Assembly (NCBI GenBank): GCA_002269645.1
Contig: NIVC01002112.1
Span: 124,001 to 188,000, forward strand
Direction: 5' to 3'
DNA length: 64,000 bases
DNA from: Macrostomum lignano
Lineage: Eukaryota
Below the pieces are notes generated by a model. That model worked only from the letters and a program-made list of their open reading frames with translations, did not search any database and was not told where the DNA came from. Position numbers and translations under genes: made by a program. This document shows, in pieces, positions 48,434 through 60,755 of the stretch (within the stretch, counting starts at the first letter, position 1; every line of letters starts with the position of its first letter).

Positions 48434-51400
48434 ATACAACTTTGTGGTCCAGGCCTGTATTGTTCTATATAAGCAGCTACAATGAGGTGCAAAAGTCGGA
48501 GACTGTGCCTATAATTGCTCCGAAGCTGGCTGGCAACATAGTCTGGTCTGTTAACTTGCAAGTGGATGATGGTTGTCCTATTTATCCAATAGATGTGTAA
48601 GTATGTTTTCATTATTTTCAATATTTTTGCACATGGAAATAGTTTTTTTCTTTTGAACAAAATTTTATATATAGGCTTGTGCATGTTGATTTTGGGTCAC
48701 TCACTATAAATTATATTTTATTCATTGTCTTTTAGATATTTTCTACTACTATTGTGCAGTAGTAGACTATTGGACTATTAACCCTATGTTAAAGTCATAT
48801 AGGTAATCTTCACCTTGCATTGGTATCAGATGTGGTTGCTCTAGCATCTATCAACATGCTGCAAATCAGAATATTTAACTCTTTCATTTTGATTTCTGAA
48901 AGATTTATGCCGATGGTTTTTAATGTGTCTTTTTGCATATTGATTAAATTAAATATAGCCAAATTGCTGTGCTAAATAACAGGTTAGTTAGTTGCGCATA
49001 TTGGTATTGATTTGTATTTGAAGTTATTTTTGTCTAGGTGCCATTCTGCCAAAGGTGACAGGCGCATGGGGATTTTTTAAACTGTTTTTGTTTTTTATTT
49101 ACCAATTATGTACTATAGAGTAGCTTATTTCAGGATAATCCTACTACAGAGTAGCCTATTACAGAGTAACCTACTACAGAGTAGCCTACTACAGAGTAAC
49201 CTACTACAGAGTAACCTACTACAGAGTAACCTACTACAGAGTAGCCTACTACAGAGTAGCCTACTACAGAGTAACCTACTACAGAGTAGCCTACTACAGA
49301 GTAACCTACTACAGAGTAACCTACTACAGAGTAGCCTACTACAGAGTAGCCTACTACAGAGTAACCTACTACAGAGTAGCCTACTACAGAGTAGCCTATT
49401 GCCGAGTAACGTACTGCAGAGAAGCCTATTGCAGAGTAACGTACTGCAGAGAAGCCTATTGCAGAGTAGCCTACTACAGAGTAGCCTACTACAGAGTAGC
49501 CTACTACAGAGTAACCTACTACAGAGTAGCCTACTACAGAGTAGCCTACTACAGAGTAACCTACTACAGAGTAGCCTACTACAGAGTAACGTACTGCAGA
49601 GCATACATGCGCAACCTTGGGAATCACCCGGCCGTTTCTATTGGCAACACGCATATGTAGCTCGTAAGTCGCTATTGGCTGAAAGCAGTCACGTGACTAC
49701 TATTCTGTCCAATAGCGACTTACATGTGTGTTGCCAATAGAAACGGCTACTACAAAGTAAACTACAAAGTAACCTGCAAGAGTATTAAACTACAGAGTAA
49801 CCTGCAAGAGTATTAAACTACAGAGTAACCTGCAAGAGTAGTAAACTACAGAGTAACCTGCAAGAGTAGTAAACTACAGAGTAACCTGCAAGAGTAGTAA
49901 ACTACAAAGTAACCTGCAAGAGTAGTAAACTACAAAGTAACCTGCAAGAGTATTAAACTACAGAGTAACCTGCAAGAGTATTAAACTACAGAGTAACCTA
50001 TCTTTTGGACGCCGAAGTAGCAACTCTAAATCAAAGCAGGAATGTTCAGAGTTCGAACCCTACGCTCAGTGCTCCATGTATAGTGCCAGAGCATAGTAAC
50101 TGATTTCAAAGTATCTGGAACAGACAAAAAAGAAACGAGAATATAATAGTACATAGTTTAATTTTTTCCCAATCAAATAAGCATCTCAGAGGTCGTAGTT
50201 ACAAAAAGTGTACCTCTGGATGAGAAAAGGTTTAAATTGTCACGTGACTGGTCTGAACCAATCCCCATCAGCAAGGTCGCAAAAGTGCCCATCCGGAAAA
50301 TATACTAATACTAAGTAGATGACGAGGCATTTAGCCCTAATAATGCGGTCATAGTTACTCCTGCCGTTTGCCCAAAATCACGTCAATTTTGGTTTAGGTT
50401 CCTTTCATAGGTAAGTGGCATTTTTGGTCAAAAACTAAGTTGCACGGCCAGCGTAGATCATGCCTGCATGATCAGCGATGAAGAAAGGTTATCGGTGTGT
50501 CACCCGCAGCTTGATCAGCAGCCAGCACGGCGCCGTTCCTTGGCTAAACGAGTCAGCCTGGTCGCCAGATCTGCTGATCCTTCGCCGACAGAGATTCGCT
50601 ATTCGATTGGACAAATCCTCTACTCGCGCCCAGGCCATGTTCGATACCGTGGGCGGCGGGTTGTTCTACTTTACCGTTATTAGCATGGAGCCCGAGCAGT
50701 CCAAGCTGCAGAAGCTGGTAGGTAGGGCTGAAGACTAGGAACTCAAATTCTTAGAAACGCTCTTGAAATCCACCTCTCAGAGTCTATCAACTTTTAGTTA
50801 AAACAATTTTGCTAGGGACTTTAAAGGTCGCTTTCTTGGACAATCTCTTTGCTCATGGAGATGTGTATCTAATTATCAGAAGTTCCAGCTTTCATATGCT
50901 TCGAAAACGTCGTGTTCTACAGTCAATTGTATAAAATAGTGAATAAGAAACTTACTAAAAATACATTCCTAAAAACCATCCGACAAGCATATTCCTAGAC
51001 AGCGTTGTATAGGCATTTTCCTTAAAATCATTCGATAAAGATATCCCATTTTGCTAGAAACTCGGGCATGACTTAAAGCACATTCCTAGAAAATCTAATA
51101 AGCATATTCCTAGAAACCTTCCGATAAGCATATTCCTAGAAACCTCCCGATACGCATATTCCTTGAAACCTCCCGATAAGCATATTCCTTGAAACCTCCC
51201 GATAAGCATATTCCTAGAAACCTCCCGATACGCATATTCCTAGAAACCTCCCGATAAGCATATTCCTAGAAACCTCCCGATAAGCATATTCCTTGAAACC
51301 TCCCGATAAGCATATTCCTTGAAACCTCCCGATAAGCATATTCCTTGAAACCTCCCGATAAGCATATTCCTTGAAACCTCCCGATAAGCATATTCCTTGA

Positions 51401-54400
51401 AACCTCCCGATAAGCATATTCCTAGAAACCTCCCGATAAGCATATTCCTTGAAACCTCCCGATAAGCATATTCCTAGAAACCTCCCGATAAGCATATTCC
51501 TTGAAACCTCCCGATAAGCATATTCCTTGAAACCTCCCGATAAGCATATTCCTTGAAACCTCCCGATAAGCATATTCCTTGAAACCTCCCGATAAGCATA
51601 TTCCTTGAAACCTCCCGATATCCCGATAATCACATTCTTAGAAACCCTCGGATAAGCACATTCCTAAAAACCCTGATATAAGGAAATTCCTAGAAAACCT
51701 GGTATAAGCACATTCCTAGAAACCCTCCGGTAAGTAACTCCTAGAAAACCTCGGATAAGTACATTCCTAGAAACCCTCCGGTAAGTAACTCCTAGAAACT
51801 CTCGGATAAGTACATTCCTAGAAACCCTCCGGTAAGTAACTCCTAGAAACTCTCGGATAAGTACATTCCTAGAAACCCTCCGGTAAGTAACTCCTAGAAA
51901 CCCTCGGATAAGTACATTCCTAGAAACCCTCCGGTAAGTAATTCCTAGAAACCCTCTGGTAATAATTCCTAGAAACCCTCGGATAAGTACATTCCTAGAA
52001 ACCCTCCGGTAAGTAATTCCTAGAAACCCTCGGATAAGTACATTCCTAGAAACCCTCGGACTGTAAGCTCATTTCCTAGACAAAAAATCTTAATGCTAGA
52101 TGCTTAATCTTCAGATTTCGTTTTTCAATGCTCTTCAGCGGACACAAGCAAACGTATTTCAGTGCTGCATACTTGTACTTTTAAATCGCAAACAATTTTT
52201 AGGGCATAAAAAAGACGCCATGCTCCTATGCCGTGCACTTTAAGCCATCTGGCGATGTGCCAATCACTACGCCCCTGCTTAGCCTGGATACTAATGTTAC
52301 TGTGCGAATACTTATTGGCCAGGTGCAATTCTTCCGGTGAGTATAACCCCTATTCCTGTCATTTTTGCAGGCATTAAACGCTAAGAATGCCGAATTGAAT
52401 CTTTTATTTCGTACATAAAATTTCGAGCTCTTGAGATTCGAGTTTATGAGATTCGAGCTTATAAGATTTGAGTTTGTGAGATTCGAGTTTGTGAGATTTG
52501 AGTTTGTTAGATTCAAGCTTATGAGATTTGAGTTTTTTAGATTCGAGCTTATGCGATTTGAATTTGTTAGATTCGAGCTTATGAGATTTAAGTTTGTTAG
52601 ATTCGAGCTTATGAGATTCGACTTTATGAGATTTAAGATTGTTAGATTCGAGCTTATTCGAGTTTATGAGATTCGAGCTTATGAGATTTGAGTTTGTTAG
52701 ATTCGAGCTTGTGAGATTCAACTTTATGAGATTTAAGTTTGTTAGATTCGAGCTTATGAGATTCGACTTTATGAGATTTAGGTTTGTTAGATTCGAGCTT
52801 ATGAGATTCGACTTTATGAGATTTAGGTTTGTTAGATTCGAGCTTATTCGAGTTTATGAGATTCGAGCTTATGAGATTCGAGTTTATGAGATTCGAGCTT
52901 ATGAGATTCGAGCTTATGAGATTCGAGCTTATGAGATTTGAGTTTGTTAGATTCGAATTTATGAGATTCGAGCTTATGAGATTCGACTTTATGATATTCG
53001 AGTTTATGAATATGAGTTTATGATCTAATTATCTTATAAACTAATTATTCGAGTTTATGAGATTCGAGCTTATGAGATTCGAGCTTATGAGATTTGAGTT
53101 TGTTAGATTCGAGCTTATGAGATTCGAGTTTATGAGATTTGAGTTTATGAGATTCGAGCTTATGAGATTTGAGCTTATGAGATTTGAGTTTTTTAGATTC
53201 GAGCTTATGAGATTTGAGTTTGTTAGAATTGAGCTTATGAGATTTGAGCTTATGAGATTCGAGCTTATGAGATTCGAGCTTATGAGATTCGAGCTTATGA
53301 GATTTCGAGCTTATGAGATTCGAGCTTATGAGATTTCGAGATTATGAGATTCGAGCTTATGAGATTTGAGTTTTTTAGATTCGAGCTTATGAGATTTGAG
53401 TTTGTTAGAATTGAGCTTATGAGATTTGAGCTTATGAGATTCGAGCTTATGAGATTCGAGCTTATGAGATTCGAGCTTATGAGATTTCAAGCTGATATGA
53501 TTCGAGCTTATGAGACCCCTGCCCTGTCTAGTGTTTACAAATCAGTTGTTTTTAACTTCTACAAACAATTTTAGCCTCGCCCTGCCCGAGTTTGCCTACA
53601 GCGTTGAACTCGAGATCTTCGACTGCACTCCGAAAATCCACTTTGCCGGCTTAGGCCTCAGAAATGCCAGCGAATCCGGCTGCGCGCTGTTCGCTCTCGT
53701 GTCAGCCGGCTCCGTTGCCGACCCTCGCCAGCTGTCAGCAAGATTAACGTCTACTAAGCGAATATTCGCCGGCCAATTATCGCCTCTGTCCGATGCCAAT
53801 TATTTGTCATTGGCTGCTAATAAAGTTCCAGTTAGTGTGACTGTATCGGTGCGCCTGCACCGGAAATGTCGGCCGCCTTCGGCTGACCTGTCGTTATTGG
53901 CTACTTCAGCCTCATCGAATTCGGAAACTGCTTGCGAGCTGTACTCGCCAAGTTTACAGGTGAAAAATAGTTTTTTTAGTTTCTTATCTTAATTTTTATC
54001 TCCTATGTGCTCAATTTTATATCTTTCATCACTTCCTCAATCTGATCTTCGTCTCATCCAGAATCTTTCAATTATCTTATACCGAATATTGTTTTCATGT
54101 ATCTCTTGAACGTTCTCTACATCTTATCTACAGCCCTATCTTCTCTTCATATTATCATTAATCTTCCTCTTATCGTATCCCCAATCTTCCCTTCATCTCA
54201 TCCCCAATCTCACCCTCATCTCATCCCAAATCTCGCCTTCATCTCATCCCAAATCTCGCCTTTATCTCATCCCCAATCTCGCCTACATCTCATCCTCAAT
54301 CTTGCCTTCATCTCATCCCAAATCTCGCCTTCATCTCATTCCAAATCTCGCCTTCATCTCATCCCAAATCTCGCCTTTATCTCATCCCAAATCTCGCCTT

Positions 54401-57400
54401 CATCTCATCTCAAATCTCGCCTTCATCTCATCTCAAATCTCGCCTTCATCTCATCCCAATCTCGCCTTTATCTCATTCTCAATTTCGCCTTCATCTCATC
54501 TCAAATCTCGCCTTCATCTCATCCCAAATCTCGCCTTCATCTCATCCCAAATCTCGCCTTCATCTCATTCCAAATCTCGCCTTCATCTCATTCTTAAATT
54601 CGCCTTCATCTCATTCCAAATCTCGCCTTCATCTCATCCCAAATCTCGCCTTCATCTCATTCCAAATCTCGCCTTCATCTCATTCCAAATCTCGCCTTCA
54701 TCTCATTCCAAATCTCGCCTTCATCTCATCCCAAATCTCGCCTTCATCTCATCCAAATCTCGCCTTCATCTCATCTCAAATCTCGCCTTCATCTCATCCC
54801 AATCTCGCCTTTATCTCATTCTCAATTTCGCCTTCATCTCATCTCAAATCTCGCCTTCATCTCATCCCAAATCTCGCCTTCATCTCATCCCAAATCTCGC
54901 CTTCATCTCATTCCAAATCTCGCCTTTATCTCATTCTTAAATTCGCCTTCATTTCATTCCAAATCTCGCCTTTCTCATATCTCGCCTTCATCTCATTCCA
55001 AATCTCGCCTTCATCTCATTCCAAATCTCGCCTTCATCTCATTCTTAAATTCGCCTTCATCTCATTCCAAATCTCGCCTTCATCTCATCCCAAATCTCGC
55101 CTTCATCTCATCTCAAATCTCGCCTTCATCTCATTCCGAATCTCGCCTTTATCTCATTCTTAATTTCGCCTTCATCTCATCCCCAATCTTCAATGATTCC
55201 TTAATCTCATCCCATCATTCTCGCCTAATCATCTCGCCACCGTGACCCCCACCCCACGCAGAACTACGACATCTATGGCAAGACGGTGATCGCGCCGTCC
55301 AGCCGAGAGGCTGGCGGACGAATTCTGCGCATTTATTCCAGCATCCCCACCGTGATCCCCTTCACTATTCGCGGCCTATTCGACTCGGTTCGCTACCTGC
55401 TAATTGATGTCGAGTCCAAGACTAATCCAGTGTCCTTGGACTTTTGTCTCGGCAGGCGGCTCAGCCTTGGCCTCGAAGAGGACGCCAAGTTTTGCGAAAT
55501 TCGATTTCAAATGCGAAACCATGACAACCAGCTGAGTCGCGTGATGCCGCATCCGCCGGCCGGGGTCTGGTATCTGGCGATCGTGAATAAGCTGCTTAAC
55601 AGGTAAAACTGTCTGCTTATTTTTTATTAGAGATGAAGGGAGTAATAAGTGATAAAGAGAGAGGCAGGAGATAAAGGGAGAGGCAAAAGATGACAGGAGA
55701 TGCTATAGAGGAAGGGAGATGCTATAGATGAAGGGAGAGGCAAGAGATGAAGGGAGAGGCAAGAGATGAAGGGAGAGGCAAGAGATTAAGGAAAGGGCAA
55801 GAGATGAAGGGAGAGGCAAGAGATGAAGGGAGATGCAATAGATGAAGGGAGAGGCAAGAGATTAAGGAAAGGGCAAGAGATGAAGAGAGAGGCAAGAGAT
55901 GAAGGGAGAGGCAAGAGATTAAGGAAAGGGCAAGAGATGAAGGGAGAGGCAAGAGATTAAGGAAAGGGCAAGAGATGAAGGGAGAGGCAAGAGATTAAGG
56001 AAAGGGCAAGAGATGAAGGGAGAGGCAAGAGATTAAGGAAAGGGCAAGAGATGAAGGGAGAGGCAAGCGATTGAAAGCAAGAAAAGCAGAGGGAATTAAA
56101 AGATGGGGAAAAGCTGAATCGAGGTAAAGAAGTGCAGCGAACGGGATATGAAGGTCACATGTAAGTCGAAGATAGAGGAAAGAATTGATAAAGGAAAATT
56201 CAGGAAACCTCCAGAACCGTATCTTAGCACCCGTTTGTAACCCGCTCAAACTGCAGAGCAGAGATTACCTTAACGATTCGAACCACGGATTGTCCATCAA
56301 AATGCTTAAATGGTGGCCAATGTGACAAGCAGTCCATTGCATCGATGACCGTCCGCATCTGCCGCTGCTACGATGGCTTCGCTGGCGACCTGTGCGAGGC
56401 TCGCGTGCCCAGCAGCCCCGATCCGCTGACCTCCCTGCTGCTGCTCTGCCTCAGCAATGCCGCCTTCCTGCCTACCGTGGCCTTGGCCTTCCGCCGCGGC
56501 CTGCTGGTTGAAGCCCTCATCTACTGCGCTGCCATGCTAGCCTCTGCGGTGAGCCTCCCTCATCTTGGCTCTCCCATCCTGAATCTCCCATCCTGAATCT
56601 CCCATCCTGACTCCTCTCCATCCTGACTCCCCATCCTGACTCTTTCCCATCCTGACTCTCCCATCCTGAATCTCCCATCCTGAATCTCCCATCCTGACTC
56701 CCCATCATGACTCTCTCATCCTGACTCTCCCATCCTGACTCTCTCATCCTGACCCCTCCCATCCTGACTCCCCATCCTGACTCTCCCATCCTGAATCTCC
56801 CATCCTGACTCTCCCATCCTGACTCCCCATCATGATTCCTACCCATCCTGACTCCCCATCCTGACTCCCCATCATGAATTCTCTCCATCCTGACTCCCCA
56901 TCATGATTCCTACCCATCCTGACTCTCCATCATGATTCCTCTCCATCCTGACTCCCCATCATGATTCCTACCCATCCTGACTCTCCATCATGATTCCTCT
57001 CCATCCTGACTCCCCATCATGACTCCCCATCCTGACTCTCCCATCCTGACTCTCCCATCCTGAATCTCCCATCCTGACTCTCCCATCCTGACTCTCCCAT
57101 CCTGAATCTCCCATCCTGACTCTCCCATCCTGACTCCCCATCCTGACTCTTTCCCATCCTGACTCCCCATCCTGACTCCCCATCCTGACTCTCCCATCCT
57201 GAATCTCCCATTCTGACTCTCCCATCCTGACTCCCCATCCTGACTCTCCATCCTGACTCTCCCATCCTGACTCTCCCATCCTGACTCCCCATCCTGACTC
57301 CCCATCCTGAATCTCCCATCCTGACTCTCCCATCCTGAATCTCCCATCCTGAATCTCCAATCCTGAATCTCCCATCCTGACTCTTTCCCATCCTGACTCC

Positions 57401-60400
57401 CCATCCTGACTCCCCATCCTGACTCTCCCATCCTGAATCTCCCATCCTGACTCCCCATCCTGACTCCCCATCCTGACTCTCCCATCCTGAATCTCCCATC
57501 CTGAATCTCCCATCCTGAATCTCCCATCCTGACTCCCCATCCTGACTCTCTCATCCTGACCCCTCCCATCCTGACTCCCCATCCTGACTCTCCCATCATG
57601 ACTCCCCATCCTGACTCCCCATCCTGACTCTCCCATCCTGAATCTCCCATCCTGACTCTCCCATCCTGACTCCCCATCCTGACTCTCCCATCCTGAATCT
57701 CCCATCCTGAATCTCCCATCCTGACTCCCCATCATGACTCTCTCATCCTGACTCTCCCATCTTGACTCTCCCATCCTGACTCCCCATCCTGACTCTCTCA
57801 TCCTGACTACCCATCCTGACTCTCCCATCATGACTCTCCCATTCTGACTCCCTCATCCTGACTCTCCCATCCTGAATCTCCCATCCTGACTCTCCCATCC
57901 TGACTCCCCATCATGACTCCTCTCCATCCTGACTCCCCATCATGACTCCCCATCCTGACTCTTTCCCATCCTGACTCTCCCATCCTGACTCCCCATCATG
58001 AATTCTCCCCATCCTGACTCCCCATCCTGACTCCCCATCCTGACTCCCCATCATGACACCTACCCATTCTGACTCCCCATCATGACTCCTACCCATTCTG
58101 ACTCCCCATCATGACTCCTACCCATCCTGACTCCCCATCATGATTCCTCTCCATCCTGACTCCCCATCATGATTCCTCTCCATCCTGACTCCCCATCATG
58201 ATTCCTCTCCATCCTGACTCCCCATCATGATTCCTCTCCATCCTGACTCCCCATCATGATTCATCTCCATCCTGACTCCCCATCATGATTCCTACCCATC
58301 CTGACTCCCCATCCTGACTCCCCATTCTGACTCCCCATTCTGACTCCCCATCCTGACTCCCCATCCTGACTCCTACCCATTCTGACTCCCCATCATGACT
58401 CCTCTCCATCCTGACTCCCCATCATGATTCCTCTCCATCCTGACTCCCCATCATGACTCCTACCCATCCTGACTCCCCATCCTGACTCCCCATCATGACT
58501 CCCCATCATGACTCCTACCCATCCTGACTCCCCATCCTGACTCCCCATCATGACTCCTACCCATCCTGACTCCCCATCCTGACTCCCCATCATGACTCCT
58601 ACCCATCCTGACTCCCCATCCTGACTCCCCATCCTGACTCTCCCATCCTGACTCCCCATCCTGACTCCTACCCATCCTGACTCCCCATTCTGGCTCCTCC
58701 CCATCCTGACTCCCCATCATGACTCCTACCCATCCTGACTCCCCATTCTGACTCCTCGCCATCCTGACTCCTCATCATGACTACTATTCTGACTCCAATC
58801 CTGTCTCCCGCATCCAAAATCTTCCATCTTGACTCTCTCCTCTTGACTCCTCCCTCTCTGACACTCCCTGACCCTGACTCTTCCACCTCCTGACTAATCC
58901 TCATTGACCCTTACTGTCCCTGACCCTCAATCTGCCCCTCATCTCCATTTTGAACCGCATCTCCCTGGCATTACCAGTTTTACCACGCCTGCGACAACAA
59001 CTACGTGAATCAGCTGTGCGTCTTCCAATTCGATACTCTTGGCAAGCTGGACTTTCTCGGCGCTTTTCTCAGCCTATGGGTTACTCTACTCCTACTGGTG
59101 GACCTGACGCCGCAGTTGAAACAGCTGGCGCAAACTGCCGGCTCGCTGTTCCTAATGATTGGCGTGCTGATCAATCGGACTAGCTTTGTTATAATTGCTG
59201 TCCCGCTGGGTGTCGGCTTTGCGGCGCTAATCCTTTCCTGGGTGAGGGCTGTGCCGCAGATTATCTCATTATTTGCTCAGTTATGATTATGAAGTGGAAA
59301 GTATTAGTTAAACAAAATCGGAACACTTCTCTAGAGCATAGATCCTTTATTCTCTAGATCAGCAAAACCATTGAGCTCAACGCAGCAGTAAAAAAATCCG
59401 CGACATCAAAAACTTTTCAGTAGTGTGAACGCGCATGGTTGCTATTTTTTGTTTAAGAAAGAGACAAGTGAAGCAACAGCTGCATCAAGCGTTGCGCTGT
59501 TGTCAAATGAGTAGTGAAGATGACTGATTTCGCTTAGTTGACTTTAAACCCGCGGAACATACTCCCCCGTCCTCACCCATGGACACACGTTCCTCACCCA
59601 TGGACACACGTTCCTCACCCATGGACACACGTTCCTCACCCATGGACACACGTTCCTCACCCTTGGACACATGTTCCTCACCCATGGACACACGTTCCTC
59701 ACCCTTGGACACACGTTCCTCACCCATGGACACACGTTCCTCACCCATGGACACACGTTCCTCACCCATGGACACACGTTCCTCACCCATGGACACACGT
59801 TCCTCACCCATGGACACACGTTCCTCACCCATGGACACACGTTCCTCACCCATGGACACACGTTCCTCACCCTTGTACACATGTTCCTCACCCATGGACA
59901 CACGTTCCTCACCCATGGACACACGTTCCTCAACCATGGACACACGTTCCTCACCCATGGATTGTCTGAAGTTTGCTACAGTATAAACTTACAAAGCAAA
60001 ATTTTGAAAAAGTTTTTTGATTTTCGATTTTTGATTTGAATAAGTTTTAAATTTTTATTTTTTATTTATTTCTGAATTGACATCACTTTGATTCGATAAT
60101 TATTTAGACCTGCCGTTGCTACACAAGCAAGCGCTGCTATCCGCCGCGGCGGCTCATTCTAACCAGCCTGCTTCCTGGCGGCTGCCTCGCCCTAGCCGGA
60201 TTCGCCATGTTCGCCCTGCTGAACACGCGGTCCAATTACTATTTAGTGCACTCCGGCTGGCACTGCTGCGTAGCATTTGCTATTCTTTTGTTTCTAATAC
60301 CGCTCGATCGGGTCCGGTTTCTACCGCGCAACCGCGTTGATGCCGCTTCGCCGTTCGAATCCGGCGACGCTGGCGCCGTTCGAAACTGCGGCATTGATCG

Positions 60401-60755
60401 CTGCTTCGTCTTGACCAGCCGCGGCGTCGGCAACGGCGACCAACGCGCCGTCGGCGACGCCACCAGCCGGGATGTCGAATATTCCGCTCTGCCGTTGCTT
60501 CGCGCCGCCACAGCTTCGTCTAGTCGCAACGGTGACGGCGTCCTTGGAAACGGCTTGTCGCGCCGGTCGAACTCGACCATGTCGCTACGGTCGTCTTCGT
60601 CTGGGGAAGACGAAGCGGACGCGACGAAGGCTGCAGAAGATGTCGACGGGCAGCAGATGGCGGAGGTGTCTCGGCAACTAGTCGGCGTTCGCGTTGGACG
60701 ACGCAGGTCGCCTGGCCTGCAAGCTTCGGCTGGTGACTTGTCGGGCGGCCTGTAG
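48434..60755 (+). CDS. TMEM8: TMEM8/PGAP6-family protein (ectodomain, EGF-like domain, 7-TM CREST domain); join(48434..48596,50510..50717,52203..52336,53575..53959,55262..55602,56257..56548,58978..59241,60108..60755); signal-peptide exon not located
   Basis: LPEFAYSVELEIFDC; PHPPAGVWYL; EGF CPSKCLNGGQC..CRCYDGFAGDLC; LLLLCLSNAAFLP; LVEALIYCAAMLASA|FYHACD; LDFLGA; SNYYLVHSGWH. All joins are GT-AG and frame-consistent (phases 2,0,2,0,2,0,0). Confidence 0.9.
49140..49600. repeat. 15-bp minisatellite (acagagtaacctact)
   Basis: Direct inspection. Confidence 0.95.
49631..49747. other. 117-bp nested palindrome with central GTCACGTGAC and four CCAAT/ATTGG boxes
   Basis: Arms gccgtttctattggcaacac/gtgttgccaatagaaacggc (20 bp perfect) and gtaagtcgctattgg/ccaatagcgacttac (15 bp perfect); centre agtcacgtgact. 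Confidence 0.9.
49755..50000. repeat. 28-bp minisatellite (aaactacagagtaacctgcaagagtagt), related to the adjacent 15-mer
   Basis: Direct inspection. Confidence 0.95.
51095..51620. repeat. 26-bp minisatellite (gcatattccttgaaacctcccgataa)
   Basis: Direct inspection. Confidence 0.95.
51640..52060 (+). repeat. 51-bp higher-order minisatellite containing ttcctag|AAACCCTCCG|gtaagt units
   Basis: gtaagt at 51730, 51781, 51832, 51883, 51934, 52009. Confidence 0.9.
52430..53510. repeat. 15-bp minisatellite (gagattcgagcttat)
   Basis: Direct inspection. Confidence 0.95.
54180..55190. repeat. 23-bp minisatellite (atctcgccttcatctcatcccaa)
   Basis: Direct inspection. Confidence 0.95.
55640..56070. repeat. 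19-bp purine-rich minisatellite (gagatgaagggagaggcaa)
   Basis: Direct inspection. Confidence 0.95.
56560..58900. repeat. ~2.3-kb 13-14-bp minisatellite (cccatcctgactc[t/c])
   Basis: Direct inspection; explains ORFs 56517-58904. Confidence 0.97.
59572..59960. repeat. 21-bp minisatellite (catggacacacgttcctcacc)
   Basis: Direct inspection. Confidence 0.97.

Noticed and set aside
50045-50065. gagttcgaaccc B-box/T-loop-like motif (tRNA or SINE)
   Set aside because: No A-box or cloverleaf stems nearby.
50468-50683. ORF with IRYSIGQILYSRPGHVRYRGRRVV, faintly like a YccV/HspQ domain start
   Set aside because: It overlaps the TMEM8 exon 50510-50717 in another frame and stops immediately; probably chance.
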